From: Fibrobacteria bacterium
GTDB taxonomy: Bacteria > Fibrobacterota > Fibrobacteria > UBA11236
Direction of reading: 5' to 3'
Assembly: GCA_050486505.1 (NCBI GenBank)
Contig: JBJHDK010000030.1
Span: 1-27,213, forward strand
Length of the DNA stretch: 27,213 nt
The notes beneath the pieces were generated by a model. The model did no database searches. It saw only the letters and a program-made list of their open reading frames with translations, and had not been told where the DNA came from. Position 1 is the stretch's first letter, and the number at the start of each line of letters is the position of its first letter. A program made the position numbers and the translations under genes. Shown here one piece after another: positions 1 through 7,954 of the stretch.

Positions 1-1020
1 GTCGAACCACGCCACCTCGAGGAATACGTCGCGGGTCTTCTCCGTGACGCCGCTGGCCTCGCCGCCCATCACGCCGGCCAGCACCTGCGCACGGCGTGCG
101 TCGGCGATCACGCAGTCGTGCGCGCCAAGCGTGCGCGCCTCCCCGTCAAGAGTCACCAGGGATTCCCCCTCCACCGCGCGGCGGACGACGACGGTTTTAC
201 CCTCGAGCGCGTCGAGCTCGAAGGCGTGCGAAGGCTGCCCCCACTCCATCAACACGAAATTCGTGAGATCCACCACGTTGTTGATCGACTTCTTTCCGAC
301 GGACGCCAGCGCTCGCACCAGCCATTCGGGGCTGGCGCCGACCTTGACCCCGCGGATCACGCGACCGGAATAGCGGGGGCACCCTGCGTCGTCCTCGACG
401 GTCAGGGTCGCGAGGGTGTCGGCCGACGGCCCGTCCTCGCGCAGCGGGATCTCGGGAAGGCGCAGCGGAAGATCGAATCGGGCCGCGAGCTCGCGCGCCA
501 CACCGATGTGGCCCAGCGCATCGGGCCGGTTCGGGGTCACGCTGATTTCGAAGATGGTGTCGCACAGGCCAGGGATCTCCTGCAGGGGCGTCCCGGGCAC
601 CGAATCCGCAGGCAGCACGAGGATGCCGTCATGGGAATCTCCGAGGCCGAGTTCGTCCTCGGCGCAAATCATGCCGTGCGACTCCTGCCCGCGCAGCTTC
701 GCCTTCTTGATCTTGAAGTCGCCGGGGAGCACCGCGCCGACCCGGGCGAACAGCACCTTCTGCCCCGCCGCCACGTTGGGCGCGCCGCACACCACGGGAT
801 GTTCTTCCGTGCCGTCGAACACGCGGCACACGCTGAGCTTGTCGGCCTCGGGATGCTTCGCGCAGGCCAGCACTTCGCCGACCACCACGCCGGAAACATC
901 CGCGCCGCGCGCCTGCACGGCCTCGACCTCAAGGCCCACGGCAGTCAGCGCGGCGGAGATCTCCGACGGGTCGGTGGGAAGGTCGGCATAACGGCGGAGC
1001 CAGGAGAGGGAGAGAAGCAT
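1..1020 (-). CDS. pheT: Phenylalanine--tRNA ligase beta subunit (5' part; runs off the window edge)
   Basis: Not in the ORF track because it has no stop in the window. Reading the minus strand from ATG at 1020 gives MLLSLSWLRRYADLPTDPSEISAALTAVGLEVE..., then HPEADKLSVC, VVCGAPNV, LRGQESHGMICA and VTPNRPDALGHIGVARE, all PheT motifs. It lies directly downstream of pheS. Confidence 0.97.
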   Translation of the reverse strand, partial: MLLSLSWLRRYADLPTDPSEISAALTAVGLEVEAVQARGADVSGVVVGEVLACAKHPEADKLSVCRVFDGTEEHPVVCGAPNVAAGQKVLFARVGAVLPGDFKIKKAKLRGQESHGMICAEDELGLGDSHDGILVLPADSVPGTPLQEIPGLCDTIFEISVTPNRPDALGHIGVARELAARFDLPLRLPEIPLREDGPSADTLATLTVEDDAGCPRYSGRVIRGVKVGASPEWLVRALASVGKKSINNVVDLTNFVLMEWGQPSHAFELDALEGKTVVVRRAVEGESLVTLDGEARTLGAHDCVIADARRAQVLAGVMGGEASGVTEKTRDVFLEVAWFD

Positions 1021-1039
1021 GTATAAAGCCTTCAGTTTT

Positions 1040-1176
1040 CAATGAAACAATGAGGCAATGCAACAATAGAACAAAGCCCGGATACGGCTAACTCAATTGA
1101 AACTGACGCCTTGCTCAACGAGCCGACACACATGTGTTTCATTGCTTTATTGTTGCATTGTTGCATTGTTCTATTG
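1040..1176. repeat. Inverted pair of tandem octamer arrays (CAATRNRR-like) in the pheS-pheT spacer
   Basis: Left arm 1040-1076: CAATGAAA CAATGAGG CAATGCAA CAATAGAA CAAAG. Right arm 1137-1176: TTTCATTG CTTTATTG TTGCATTG TTGCATTG TTCTATTG, the reverse complements of the same unit type. Spacer is about 60 bp. Confidence 0.9.
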
Positions 1177-1178
1177 AG

Positions 1179-2210
1179 CTAAAACTGTCGTAAAAATCCC
1201 ATCTCGTTCTTCGTCAGCAACCCGATGTTGGGGATTCCGTACTTGAGCAGGGCGATGCGATCGATGCCGAAGCCGAAGGCGAAGCCGGACCAGCGTTCGG
1301 GATCCCAACCGACCTGCGCGAACACTGCGGGATCGACGCTGCCGCAGCCGCCCACCTCGATCCAGCCTGTGTGCTTGCACAGGCGGCATCCGCTGCCCGC
1401 GCAGAGGGAACACGAGACGTCGACCTCGGCGGAGGGTTCGGTGAACGGGAAGTAACTGGGACGGACCCGGATGCGCGTCCCCTTGCCGAAGACGTGTTCG
1501 GCCCACAGGAGCATGGTGCCCTTGAGGTGCGCGAAGGAAATATTTTCGTCCACCACCAGGCATTCGACCTGCTGGAACATGGGAGCGTGGGAGGCATCGT
1601 TGTCGACGCGGTAAACGCAGCCGGGCGCGAGCATACGCACCGGGGCGGGCTCGCGATCGAGCAGGTAGTGTACCTGCACGTTGGAGGTGTGTGTGCGCAG
1701 GACGACCCCCTCGTCGACATAAAACGTGTCGTGCATGTCGCGGGCGGGATGCTCGGGTGGAATGTTGAGCGCTTCGAAGTTGTACCACTCGTGATCGACT
1801 TCCCGCGCCTCGGCAAGTTCGAAGCCCATCCCCCTGAAAAAGTCGATGGTGTCTTCGCGCACCAACGTGAGCGGATGCAAGTGTCCCAACTCCGTCCGCA
1901 CGCCGGGAAGCGTAGGATCGACGGAGCTGGCGGAGAGTTTTTCGGCGATGGCACTCGCCGCGGCAACGGTTTCAAGGGCCGCGAAACGCTCCTCCGCGAG
2001 GTCCCGCAATTCATTGACCTTTTGCCCGAAGACGGGGCGCTGCTCCGCCGGAAGAGCCCCCATTCCACGAAGCAACCCTGAGATGGCCCCCTTCTTGCCG
2101 AGGTAGCGGACCTTGAGGGCATCGAGCCCTTCCCCGTTCGCCGCCTCACAGGCGTCGAGGTCGGCCAGCAAGGCGGCCTTCAGGGCTTCCATGTCGTTCT
2201 GTGTTTCCAT
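1179..2210 (-). CDS. pheS: Phenylalanine--tRNA ligase alpha subunit
   Basis: Motifs YLGKKG, GHLHP, NFEALNIPPEHPARDMHDTFY, LRTHTSNVQ, RPSYFPFTEPSAEVD, GFAFGFGIDRIA. SD-like AGGA upstream. Confidence 0.98.
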   Translation of the reverse strand: METQNDMEALKAALLADLDACEAANGEGLDALKVRYLGKKGAISGLLRGMGALPAEQRPVFGQKVNELRDLAEERFAALETVAAASAIAEKLSASSVDPTLPGVRTELGHLHPLTLVREDTIDFFRGMGFELAEAREVDHEWYNFEALNIPPEHPARDMHDTFYVDEGVVLRTHTSNVQVHYLLDREPAPVRMLAPGCVYRVDNDASHAPMFQQVECLVVDENISFAHLKGTMLLWAEHVFGKGTRIRVRPSYFPFTEPSAEVDVSCSLCAGSGCRLCKHTGWIEVGGCGSVDPAVFAQVGWDPERWSGFAFGFGIDRIALLKYGIPNIGLLTKNEMGFLRQF

Positions 2211-2271
2211 GCGTCCTGCGTTCCGTGAATGTCGGGGAAGGGTAGCAATTCAGGCTAAAACCCGGTTTTTC

Positions 2272-2304
2272 AAAAACAGAAAAGCACCCCGTCGGGGCGC
2301 CTTT
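2272..2304 (-). terminator. Intrinsic terminator downstream of rplT
   Basis: Minus strand reads AAAGGCGCCCC-GAC-GGGGTGCTTTTCTGTTTTT: a GC-rich hairpin followed by a U tract. Confidence 0.8.
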
Positions 2305-2323
2305 GCTGGACCGCCGTGGAAGA

Positions 2324-2356
2324 CGCCGGTCGTTGAGCCTGTCGAAATGACCGGCG
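2324..2356. repeat. REP-like hairpin with a TGAGCCTGTCGAA core
   Basis: CGCCGGTCGTT-GAGCCTGTCGA-AATGACCGGCG forms an 11-bp stem with one wobble, just after the rplT stop. The TTCGACAGGCTCA core is a dispersed intergenic motif I recognise by pattern only. Confidence 0.55.
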
Positions 2357-2366
2357 CGAATGGTTG

Positions 2367-2720
2367 TTAAGCCGCAGCCTTGGCGGTCTCCACCACCTTG
2401 GCGAAGGCGGCGGAGTCGGAGAAGGCGAGATCCGCGAGAATCTTGCGGTCAAGCTCGATGTTGGCCCGCTTCAGCGAGTTGATCAACTTCGAGTACGTGG
2501 TTCCCTGCTCGCGTGCGGCGGCATTGATGCGCACCGTCCAGAGCGAACGGAAGGCCGCCTTCTTGTCCTTGCGATGAGCGTAGGCATACTGGCCGGCGTG
2601 GTCGACGGCCTCCTTCGCCAACTTCAGGTTGGACTTGCGGCGGCCGTAGTAGCCCTTGGCCTGCTTGAGAATCTTTTTGCGACGGGCGCGAGCCGCGACG
2701 CGGTAGGTGCTTCTTGGCAT
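2367..2720 (-). CDS. rplT: 50S ribosomal protein L20
   Basis: MPRS..., [34 protein letters not shown]; 117 aa; canonical position after rpmI. Confidence 0.99.
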   Translation of the reverse strand: MPRSTYRVAARARRKKILKQAKGYYGRRKSNLKLAKEAVDHAGQYAYAHRKDKKAAFRSLWTVRINAAAREQGTTYSKLINSLKRANIELDRKILADLAFSDSAAFAKVVETAKAAA

Positions 2721-2768
2721 GGTCTTCTATTCCTCTGTAATGCCGGGGAGACTGGAAAGTACGGCCGA

Positions 2769-2966
2769 TCAGGCGACGCGGAGCAGGCGCTTGATGTTGG
2801 CTTCCATGGACGGATCCACGTAGTGGGGGCCACCCAGACGGTTCTTGCGTTCCGGCTTCATCTTGGCGTTGATGTGGTTCATGTTCGACGCGCGGTACTT
2901 GACCTTCCCGTTTGCAGTCACCTTGAACCGCTTCTTCGCCCCGCTGTGGGTCTTCATCTTCGGCAT
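2769..2966 (-). CDS. rpmI: 50S ribosomal protein L35
   Basis: MPKMKTHSGAKKRFKVTANGK; 65 aa; SD AGAGGA. Confidence 0.99.
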   Translation of the reverse strand: MPKMKTHSGAKKRFKVTANGKVKYRASNMNHINAKMKPERKNRLGGPHYVDPSMEANIKRLLRVA

Positions 2967-2996
2967 GCTGTCCTCTTTCGACGTTCCTGATTCTCT

Positions 2997-3674
2997 TTAC
3001 TTCGACTCCGCCGGGACGGTGTCCTTGCTTTCCGCAGGCTTTTCAGCCTTCGCAGCCTTCTCAGCCTTGTCGGCTTTCTCGGCCTTCGCACCCTTGTCGG
3101 ACGCCTCCGCCTTCTTGGGCTGCTTCACCGCGGCTTTCACCGGGGCAAAAATCATGTTGACGTTCCGACCTTCCTGCGTGGAGTTGGTTTCTGCCGCACC
3201 CACACCCTCAAGATCCTCGATCATCTTCTTGAGCCAGCGGGCCCCGTAGTCGATGTGGGCCATTTCGCGGCCCCGAAACACGACGGTGGCCTTGACTTTG
3301 TAGCCCTTTTCGAGAAACTCTTTTGCCTGAACGAGGCGGTAATTATAGTCATTCTCGCCCGTTTTGGGATGGAATTTGATTTCCTTGATCTTGATGACGT
3401 GCTGCTTGGCCTTCGAAATCTTCTGTTTTTTCGCGATTTCGTACTTGTACTTGCCAAAATCCATGATCCGGCAAACGGGCGGGGCGGCGTTCGGAGACAC
3501 TTCGACCAGGTCGAGTCCCCGCTCCCGGGCCTTCTCCAGTGCCTGATGCACGGGAATGATGCCCAGCTGGCCCCCATCGGCGTCGATGACGCGGATTTCG
3601 GGCACCCGGATGAATTCATTGATACGGATCGTCTCCCGCGGGGGAGAGAAAAAAGCGCGTCTCGGTCTTTGCAA
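2997..3674 (-). CDS. infC: Translation initiation factor IF-3 (TTG start; Lys/Ala/Glu-rich C-terminal tail)
   Basis: RINEFIRVPEIRVID, GLDLVEVSPNAAPPVCRIMDFGKYKYE, KEIKF, FRGRE. SD-like AAGGAAAGGA precedes TTG at 3674. Confidence 0.97.
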   Translation of the reverse strand: MQRPRRAFFSPPRETIRINEFIRVPEIRVIDADGGQLGIIPVHQALEKARERGLDLVEVSPNAAPPVCRIMDFGKYKYEIAKKQKISKAKQHVIKIKEIKFHPKTGENDYNYRLVQAKEFLEKGYKVKATVVFRGREMAHIDYGARWLKKMIEDLEGVGAAETNSTQEGRNVNMIFAPVKAAVKQPKKAEASDKGAKAEKADKAEKAAKAEKPAESKDTVPAESK

Positions 3675-3707
3675 ACTCGTCCTTTCCTTGGGTCTGCAGC
3701 GTCGCTG

Positions 3708-5666
3708 TCAGGCCCGGTGTATGCCGGTTCGGGTCGCGGGGACCTCGCCCCGCCCCTTTCCGGAACTCTCAAACTTAAACTTTTCCAGAATGTCGTCCAA
3801 AGAGAAGCTTCCCAGGTCACCGGCCTTGCGCTTGCGTACCGAGACCGTCCCGGACTCCGCCTCCTTCTCCCCGACGATGAAAAGGTAGGGCACCTTGTCC
3901 TTTTCGCCTTCGCGGATCTTGAAGCCGATCTTCTCGTTCCGCGTGTCGGTCTCGCAGGAAAAGCCTGCATCGCGCACCTTCTCCTCGATCGCGGCGCAGG
4001 CCGCCAGGGATTTCTCCGACACCGGAAGCACGCGCACCTGCTGCGGGTTGATCCAGAATGGCAAATCGCCGGCGAAGTGCTCGATGAGAATCCCGATGAA
4101 GCGCTCCAGCGACCCGAAGATGGCGCGGTGCAGCATCACGGGGTGGTGGCGGCCCGAGTCGGAGCCGACGTATTCCGCACCCAACAGCTTCGGCAGGTTG
4201 AAGTCGACCTGGATCGTGCCGCATTGCCAGTGGCGGCCCAGGCTGTCGCGCAAGGTGAACTCGAGCTTCGGCCCGTAGAAGGCGCCGTCGCCGGGATTCA
4301 TGTCGTAGGTGATCCCCGCCTGGGCGCAGGCGTCGCGCAACGCCTCCTCGGACTTGTCCCACGAGGCGTCGTCGCCGACGCGCTGCTCGGGACGGTCGGC
4401 CAGCTTCACGATGATGTCGGTGAAACCGAAGTCGGCGTAAACGTCCGCGAGCATGCGGCAAAACGCCGCGACCTCGGAAGCCACCTGGTCCTCGGTGCAG
4501 AAAATGTGCGCGTCATCCTGCGTGAACCCGCGCACGCGCATCAGCCCGTGCATGGTGCCGGCCAGCTCGTTGCGGTGGCACTTTCCGAACTCGGAGATGC
4601 GCAGGGGCAGGTCGCGGAAGCTCTTGAGCCCCTGGTTGAAAATCTCCACATGGCAGGGGCAGTTCATCGGCTTGATGACGTACTTGCGGTTCTCGCTCTC
4701 CGTCAGGAACATGTTCGCCGAGTAGTTGGTGACGTGACCCGACTTCGTGAACAGGCCGATGTCGACCACCTCGGGAGTGCGCACCTCGCGGTACCCGTTG
4801 CGGTCGAGCTTTTGCCGCAGGTACTCCACGAGGTTGGAGTAAAGCTTCCAGCCGCGGGGGTGCCAGAAAATCATGCCGGGGGAATTCTCGTCGATGTGGA
4901 AGTAGTCGAGCTCGCGGCCCAGGCGGCGATGGTCGCGCTTCTTCGCCTCCTCCAGCTGGAACAGGTGCGCCTCGAGCTCGTCCTTGGTGCGGAAGGCCGT
5001 GGCATACACGCGCTGCAACATGGGGCGGGTCACATCGCCGCGCCAGTAGGCACCGGCGACGGAGAGCAACTTGAAGTGCTTCAGTTTTCCGGTCGAGGGA
5101 ACGTGGGGGCCGCGGCAAAGGTCCTGGAAGGCACCCTGACGGTAGAAACTGACCGAATCGTGATCCCACCCCTCGAGCAGTTCGACCTTGTAGGGCTCGG
5201 CGTGCGCGGGATCCTTGAAGTGCGTGATCGCCTCGACCCGCGGCATCTCGTAGCGCTCGACGGGAAGATCCTGCTGCGCCAGCTCGGCCATGCGCTTCTC
5301 GATGGCCGCGAAGTCCTCGGGTGTGAAGGCGTGCTTCGAGTCGAAGTCGTAGTAGAACCCGTTGTCGATCACCGGACCGATGGTCAGCTGCGTGCCGGGG
5401 AACAGCTCCGTCACCGCATGCGCCATCAGGTGCGCGGCCGAGTGGCGCAGGATCTCCAGCGCCTCGGGGCTCTTCGACGTGATCACCTTCAGGCTTCCGG
5501 AACCGGAAGGGCGATACGACAGGTCGACCTGCTCGCCGTTCCACTCGGCGGCGAGGGAGTCGCGGTACAGGCCCATTCCGATGGATTTGACGATGTCGCC
5601 GATGGACACGCCGGCCTCGGCTTCGAGTGCTTTGCCATCGGGCAGTGTGACGGTAATTTTGGACAC
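3708..5666 (-). CDS. thrS: Threonine--tRNA ligase
   Basis: TGS start (V)SKITVTLPDG, editing motifs HSAAHLMAHAV and DLCRGPH, KPMNCP, HGLMRVRGFTQDDAH, GAFYGPK, HRAIFGSLERFIG. Likely start is GTG at 5666 behind SD AAGGAG (5678-5673), not the ORF-track start at 5717. Confidence 0.98.
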   Translation of the reverse strand: MSKITVTLPDGKALEAEAGVSIGDIVKSIGMGLYRDSLAAEWNGEQVDLSYRPSGSGSLKVITSKSPEALEILRHSAAHLMAHAVTELFPGTQLTIGPVIDNGFYYDFDSKHAFTPEDFAAIEKRMAELAQQDLPVERYEMPRVEAITHFKDPAHAEPYKVELLEGWDHDSVSFYRQGAFQDLCRGPHVPSTGKLKHFKLLSVAGAYWRGDVTRPMLQRVYATAFRTKDELEAHLFQLEEAKKRDHRRLGRELDYFHIDENSPGMIFWHPRGWKLYSNLVEYLRQKLDRNGYREVRTPEVVDIGLFTKSGHVTNYSANMFLTESENRKYVIKPMNCPCHVEIFNQGLKSFRDLPLRISEFGKCHRNELAGTMHGLMRVRGFTQDDAHIFCTEDQVASEVAAFCRMLADVYADFGFTDIIVKLADRPEQRVGDDASWDKSEEALRDACAQAGITYDMNPGDGAFYGPKLEFTLRDSLGRHWQCGTIQVDFNLPKLLGAEYVGSDSGRHHPVMLHRAIFGSLERFIGILIEHFAGDLPFWINPQQVRVLPVSEKSLAACAAIEEKVRDAGFSCETDTRNEKIGFKIREGEKDKVPYLFIVGEKEAESGTVSVRKRKAGDLGSFSLDDILEKFKFESSGKGRGEVPATRTGIHRA

Positions 5667-5770
5667 GGTTTTCTCCTTAAGGCAAGCCAAGGTAAAAACG
5701 GGGGGAACCCTGCGCAATGCCCGCTTCGGAAGGGGTGACGGGGGTCACGAGCCCTCGCCCCCCGTGCCCC

Positions 5771-5781
5771 TGCTATCTTTG
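5771..5781 (+). promoter_or_regulatory. Putative -10/-7 promoter box of hisC (TGC-TATCTTTG)
   Basis: TGn followed by TATCTT(TG), ending 9 nt before ATG 5789, with no SD. Matches the TAnnTTTG box established for Bacteroidota promoters. Confidence 0.55.
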
Positions 5782-5788
5782 CCCCATC

Positions 5789-6937
5789 ATGCCCAAAGCC
5801 CGCAACGCGTCCCCCGCCGGAGCTTCGACCTCCGCATACACCCCCGCCGAAATCCTGAAGCTCGCGCGCCCTTCCATCCAGGCGCTCAAGCCCTACGTGC
5901 CCGGCCGCTCCATCGACGAGGTGCGCGCGCAATACAACCCCGCCCGCATCGTGAAGCTGGGCTCCAACGAAAACCCGCTCGGGGCCAGCCCGAAGGTGCT
6001 CAAGGCCCTGGAGCGCGCGCTGCCATCCATCTCGCTCTACCCCGACGGCTCGAGCCGGGCGCTGCGGGCCGCGCTGGCGAAGCACAATCGCGTGTCAGGG
6101 GATCAGGTCGTCGTCGGCAACGGTTCCGACGAGATCCTGCTGATGATCGCGCTGGCCTTTCTCCGCGAAGGCGAGCGTGTCGTGATTTCGGAGAACACGT
6201 TTTCCGAGTACGAGTTTTCAGGGCGCGTTGCCGGAGCCGAAATCGTCAAGGTTCCCCTGCGCGAGCTCCGTTACGACCTTGAGGCCTTCGGCAAGGCGCT
6301 GAAGCTGCGGCCCAAGGCACTGTTCCTGTGCAACCCCAACAACCCCACGGGCACGTATTTCACCCACGCGGAACTGCAGCGCCTGCTGGAGCGCACGCCC
6401 CGCAACTGCCTCGTGGTGGTCGACGAGGCTTACGGAGACTATGCCACGGCGAGGGATTTCCCGCGTTGCGCCTCCCTGATGCGAACGTTTCCCAACCTGA
6501 TCGTGACCCGCACGTTCAGCAAGTTGCATGGCATCGCCGGCCTGCGTCTCGGCTATGCGCTAGGCGATGCGGGACTCCTCCGTGAGACGCTGCGCGTGAA
6601 GACACCCTTCAACGTCAATCTGCTCGTGCAGACCGCGGCGATGACCGCGCTCGATGACAAGGCCTTCGTGAAACGTTCGCTGTCCGTGAATGTCAAGGGC
6701 AAGGCGCAACTCGAGAAGGGCCTGAAAAAGCTCGGGCTCCCCTTCCTGCCCACGCAGGCGAACTTCATCTGCTTCAGGGTCCCCCGCCCGGCAGTGGATG
6801 TCTGCGAGGACCTGCTGCGCCGGGGCATGATCATCCGCGCGCTGAGAAGCTTCGATCTCCCCGACTGGTGCCGCGTGACGATCGGCACGGCGGAGCAGAA
6901 CCGGTTTTTCCTGGGGACATTGGCCGACGTATTGTAA
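5789..6937 (+). CDS. hisC: Histidinol-phosphate aminotransferase
   Basis: YVPG, KLGSNENPLG, GNGSDE, CNPNNPTG, DEAY and the PLP-lysine motif RTFSKLHGIAGLRLGY. Start at ATG 5789. Confidence 0.93.
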   Translation: MPKARNASPAGASTSAYTPAEILKLARPSIQALKPYVPGRSIDEVRAQYNPARIVKLGSNENPLGASPKVLKALERALPSISLYPDGSSRALRAALAKHNRVSGDQVVVGNGSDEILLMIALAFLREGERVVISENTFSEYEFSGRVAGAEIVKVPLRELRYDLEAFGKALKLRPKALFLCNPNNPTGTYFTHAELQRLLERTPRNCLVVVDEAYGDYATARDFPRCASLMRTFPNLIVTRTFSKLHGIAGLRLGYALGDAGLLRETLRVKTPFNVNLLVQTAAMTALDDKAFVKRSLSVNVKGKAQLEKGLKKLGLPFLPTQANFICFRVPRPAVDVCEDLLRRGMIIRALRSFDLPDWCRVTIGTAEQNRFFLGTLADVL

Positions 6938-6949
6938 ACCGGTTCTGCG

Positions 6950-6977
6950 GTAAGGGCGAGCCATGGCTCGCCCTTAC
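6950..6977. repeat. REP-like perfect 28-bp palindrome, copy 1
   Basis: GTAAGGGCGAGCCATGGCTCGCCCTTAC is its own reverse complement. It lies between convergent hisC and xerC and is followed by a second hairpin GGCCGGGC-CTCAT-GCCCGGCC (6980-7000). Confidence 0.85.
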
Positions 6978-7011
6978 GTGGCCGGGCCTCATGCCCGGCC
7001 CGCCGTCCCGG

Positions 7012-7914
7012 TCACCCCCTCGGATGTTTGGACGTCATCACTTCCTTCAACCGCTTCACCGACACATGGGTGTATCTCTGCGTGGTGGACAACGACGCGT
7101 GTCCCAGCATTTCCTTCACCGCGAGCAGATCGGCACCGTTGTCGAGGAGATGCGTGGCGAAGGAGTGCCGCAGCACGTGCGGCGACGCCTTGCCGCGGCG
7201 GCCCTGCGCGCGCAACCGCGCCTCGACCGCCTTCTGGATGGTGCGCCGCCCGAGAGGTTTTCCCTTGATGCTGAGCAATAACGATCCCTGCGCCGGAAAG
7301 GCCCGGGCCGCGCACTCGGTGCGCCAAGTCTTGAGCGCCGCGCGTGCACCGCGTGTGACGGGCACGGCCCGCACCTTGTTCCCCTTGCCCAGAACCCTGA
7401 CGAAGTCGTGTGCGCGCGAGAAATCCCCCCACCTTAACCCCGTCAACTCCGCCAGACGCAGGCCGGACCCATACAGCAACTCGATGCAGATCCGGTCGCG
7501 CGCGTCGAAAAACCCTCCATCGGCCGACGTTGCAGGAGCGGCTTCGAGGGCCGCGGAGACCATGTCCTCCCCTGCCACGGCGAAGAGCTTTTGTTCCTTC
7601 TTCGGAAAACGCAGGCCGCGCGCCGGATTGGGCAGACCGGTGGTATTCGAGAGGAATTTTCCGAAGCTTTTGAGGCATGCCACGCAGCGGGTTTGCGTGG
7701 AAACTTTGAGGCCTTTGCCCGCGAGGCGAACCAGAAACCCCTGTAGCAGGGCCTTGTCGATGATCTTGACGGCGATGTGCCCGCGACCGCCGGGCTCGAG
7801 ATATTCCTTCAGCTTTGCAAGATCCCGTCCGTAGGCGGCGAGGGTGTGGGGAGACGCTGCGCGCTGGTCCCTCAGGTGGGCAAGAAACGCGGTGATGGCG
7901 GCGGCGAGGGTCAC
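7012..7914 (-). CDS. xerC: Tyrosine recombinase XerC-like
   Basis: N-terminal SAM-like domain (SPHTLAAYGRDL), ELLYGSGLRLAEL, GKGNKVR, PHVLRHSFATHLLDNGADL, LGHASLSTTQRYTHV with the full R-K-H-R-H-Y catalytic set; 300 aa. Confidence 0.88.
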   Translation of the reverse strand: MTLAAAITAFLAHLRDQRAASPHTLAAYGRDLAKLKEYLEPGGRGHIAVKIIDKALLQGFLVRLAGKGLKVSTQTRCVACLKSFGKFLSNTTGLPNPARGLRFPKKEQKLFAVAGEDMVSAALEAAPATSADGGFFDARDRICIELLYGSGLRLAELTGLRWGDFSRAHDFVRVLGKGNKVRAVPVTRGARAALKTWRTECAARAFPAQGSLLLSIKGKPLGRRTIQKAVEARLRAQGRRGKASPHVLRHSFATHLLDNGADLLAVKEMLGHASLSTTQRYTHVSVKRLKEVMTSKHPRG

Positions 7915-7954
7915 GAGTGAAAGCTAGAACCGGACAACACCGCCCCCGGGGGTA

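Noticed and set aside
2211..2366. pheM-type attenuator or T-box upstream of pheS
   Set aside because: There is no ATG-initiated Phe-rich leader and no T-box consensus. The hairpin is explained as the rplT terminator, and a promoter-like TGCTACCCT follows it.
3255..5738. 827-aa plus-strand ORF and other long antisense or alternate-frame ORFs (118-1026, 11778-13466, 13558-15222, 17681-18982, 19966-21300)
   Set aside because: They mirror well-supported genes on the opposite strand and have no recognisable motifs. Stop-poor shadow frames are expected at high GC.
5732..5770. G/C-rich imperfect hairpin between divergent thrS and hisC as a regulatory RNA
   Set aside because: It lies upstream of both predicted promoter boxes, so it is probably untranscribed. 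It is single-copy here and easily arises by chance at this GC content.
5667..5788. ORF-track N-terminal extensions of thrS and hisC (and likewise queD, brnT, second permease, ATPase, GATase)
   Set aside because: The extensions run through promoter or SD regions and lack family motifs. Downstream starts fit family N-termini and SD or promoter spacing better.
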